A program made the position numbers and the translations under genes. From Cyanophora paradoxa CCMP329 (Eukaryota > Plantae > Glaucophyta), in assembly GCA_004431415.1 (NCBI GenBank), contig QPMI01000200.1, forward strand, positions 128,308 to 192,307: DNA of 64,000 nt. The letters run 5' to 3'. The notes beneath the pieces are model-generated. The model was not told the DNA's origin. It ran no database searches and saw only the letters and a program-made list of their open reading frames with translations. This document shows, in pieces, positions 61,690 through 64,000 of this stretch. The first letter of the stretch is position 1. Each line of letters starts with the position of its first letter.

Positions 61690-64000
61690 ATGTCGACGCC
61701 CGGGGCGGTGCTGCGGCCCTTCGTGTCGGGCCTCGTGGTGCAGCACCTCCTCCGCTCGCGGCGGGCCAAGGAGGCGCCCCCCGGGGATGCAGGCGGGGAG
61801 GAGGCGGGGCCGTCGGGGCCCCCGCTGGAGCGGCGGCTGCGCGGCGTCGTCGCCCTCCTCGACATCTCTGTGCGCCCCGCCCGCCCCCGTCCCCCCTCGC
61901 CCCCTCACCCCCCGCAGGGCTTCACCGGTGCCCGCCCCGCCCCCCGCGGCGCCCAAGCCGGGGCTTGGAACGGGGCTGGAGGCGGGGGCGGGGCGGGGCG
62001 GGGGCGGGGCGGGGCGGGCTCGGGGCGGGGCGGGCGGGGGCGTGACGGGGCGGGGCGGGGGCCAGTGCTGTGCGAGCGGGCGCACACGGACGAGGGGCTG
62101 ATGGAGGAGCTGTGCGCGCTGATCAACGGGGCCTTCTCGCGGGAGATCGAGGTCGTGCAGAGCTACGGCGGCGAGGTCCTCTGCTTCCTCGGCGACGGCC
62201 TCCTCGTCTTCTGGCCCCTCCACGACGACGACGCCGGCCCCCCGCCCGCCCCCGCCCCCGCGGCCGGCGGTGGGGAGCGGGGGGGGCGGGGGGCCGGGGG
62301 CCTCTCGGGGCTGCTCTCGGGGGCGGCGGGGCTGGAGCGGGAGGCGCCGGACGCCTCCCTCGCCTCGACGCCCCCGCTCTCCCCCTCGGCCCTCTCCGAG
62401 GCCGGCGACGCGGCGGGCCCCGAGGCGCCCGTCGAGGCGATGCGGCTGCGGGCGGCGCGGGCCGTCCTCTGCGCCCTCGAGGTGCAGGACCTCTTCTCCT
62501 CGGCGTGCACGGGCCTCGGCGCCGGCATGCGCCTCCGCGTCGCCGTCGCCGCGGGCGAGTTCCGGGAGTACTTCTGCGGCATCGGGGCGGCGCCGGCGGG
62601 GGAGGCGGCCCCCGAGAGCGCCCTCGTCGACGAGCGGGGCCACCTCGGCGCGCCCCGCCCCCGCCCCCGCCCGCCTCCCCGCTCACCCGCCCCGCAGTCC
62701 CCGGCGCATGGTGCACTTCGTCAGCGGGCCCGGCATCGACGAGGCGGGGGCCGGCCTCTCCGCGATCCAGCCCGGCGAGGTCGCCGTCTGCCGCTCCGCC
62801 CTCAGGTCCCCGCCCCGCCCCGCCCGCCCGCCCGAGGGCCACCGCGAGCCGCGCGCAGTGGCTTCCCCCGCCTCGGTCGTCCCCGTGCGGCGCCTCGCCC
62901 CAAGGGCGTCGCCCGCTCCCCGACGGCGTCCGGAGCCCCGGGTCGGACGCCGAGACGCCCCTCAGCCCGGGCTCCGACGCCGGGCCCCACGCCCGCTCCT
63001 CCTCCCGCGCCGACCTCGCGCCACCTCCGCTGCGGCCTCGGCGGCGGCGGCGGCGGCCCCTGCGGGGGGCCCGGGGCGGGGCCGGGGCGGGGAAGGGCCG
63101 GAACGGGTCGGTGGCGTCGGGGGCGTCGCTGGTGTCGGCCTCCTCGCTGGGGCGCCTCCTCTCCCGCAACTCCCTGCCCGCTCCGGCACGAGACGGACGC
63201 CTCGGAGGAGGCGAGCCGGCGCGGCGCGGCGGGGGCAGGGCGGGGGGCGCTCGGGGCGCGAGCAGGAGGCGGCGCGCGGGGCCGTCGTCGCGCACGCCTC
63301 CTCCCGCGAGAGCCTCCACCCCCTCGCCTGGGCCGCCCGTCCGCCCCCGCCCCGCCCCGCCCGCCTCCCGCTGACGGCGCCGCGGGGCAGCGCTGGCGCC
63401 GGCGCCGGCAGCGCTCGGGGAGGAGGAGGAGGACCAGCTGGCGCTCTACGTGTACGCCCCCCGCCCCGCCCCCGCGGCGGCCCGAGCGGGGGCAGAAGGA
63501 GGGCGGGGGCGGGGCAGGCCGTACACGGTGCGGGCTCGGTTCGCGGAGATGCGGGGGTGGGGCGCGGGGGCCCCCGGCGCCTTCGACCCGACCGCCTTCC
63601 TCTCCGAGTTCCGCGTCGTCTCCGTCCTCGTAAGCCCCGCGCGCTCCGCCCCGCCCGCCAGCGTCGCCGACGGGCGTGCAGTTCTGCAAGCTGGAGGGGC
63701 TGGTGGCGGCCCCGGAGGCGGTGCAGCGCTGCACCCGCACGCTCCAGGCCGTCCTCTACTCCCACGAGGGCTCCCTCCGCCAGATCGTCCTCGACGACAA
63801 GGTACCCCCCGCCCCCGCCCCGCCCCCGAGCCTGCTCCTCGCCCCGACCCCGCCCTCCCCCGAAGGGCCTCGTCTTCATCGGCGTCTTCGGTCTCTGGCC
63901 CATCGGTGCGCCGTCGCGGGGCGCGGGGCGGGGCCGGCCGGCGCTGACGGGGCGCAGCGCACGAGGACGACGCCCTCCGCAGCGTCGCCTGCGGTCCGCC
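61690..64000 (+). CDS. ADCY10-like (soluble-type) adenylyl cyclase with two class III cyclase domains; runs off the window
   Basis: LLDIS|GFT|VLCE..YGGEVLCFLGDGLLVFW; second domain LSEFRVVSVL|FCKL..HEGSLRQIVLDDK|GLVFIGVFGL..HEDDALRSV. Confidence 0.9.

Overview
Eukaryotic, very GC-rich, intron-dense DNA from a flagellated protist or alga. A glaucophyte such as Cyanophora is a plausible but unproven source. The window has two halves. (1) 1-~29,700 is a nested transposon pile. The base is one giant Ty3/Gypsy retroelement: an ORF1 of at least ~2,550 codons with no recognisable domain, then protease-RT-RNaseH-integrase. Five DNA-transposon insertions interrupt it: two copies of a 9.4-kb non-coding foldback element (TAC..GTA TIRs, 6-bp TSD, 2.5-kb inverted arms, central 348-bp satellite), a 1.5-kb TAT..ATA element, a ~0.3-kb hAT-like MITE and a 549-bp CACTG element. 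Removing the complete insertions with one TSD copy rejoins the reading frame (the 0.3-kb boundary is ambiguous). (2) ~29,800-64,000 is compact and gene-dense with short GT-AG and frequent GC-AG introns. Genes: a long coiled-coil protein, Alba, NACA, a Chlamydiae-like YfiH/LACC1 protein, a kinesin, TCAIM-like, METTL16, DPCD, an ODF3/SHIPPO-repeat protein, a Val/Pro-rich protein, a GFA pseudogene and an ADCY10-like cyclase. Highlights are a well-supported AT-AC minor-spliceosome (U12-type) intron in METTL16 and a 1.37-kb tRNA-headed, poly(A)-tailed retroposon with a 14-bp TSD. Most long ORFs in the supplied track are GC-rich shadow frames.
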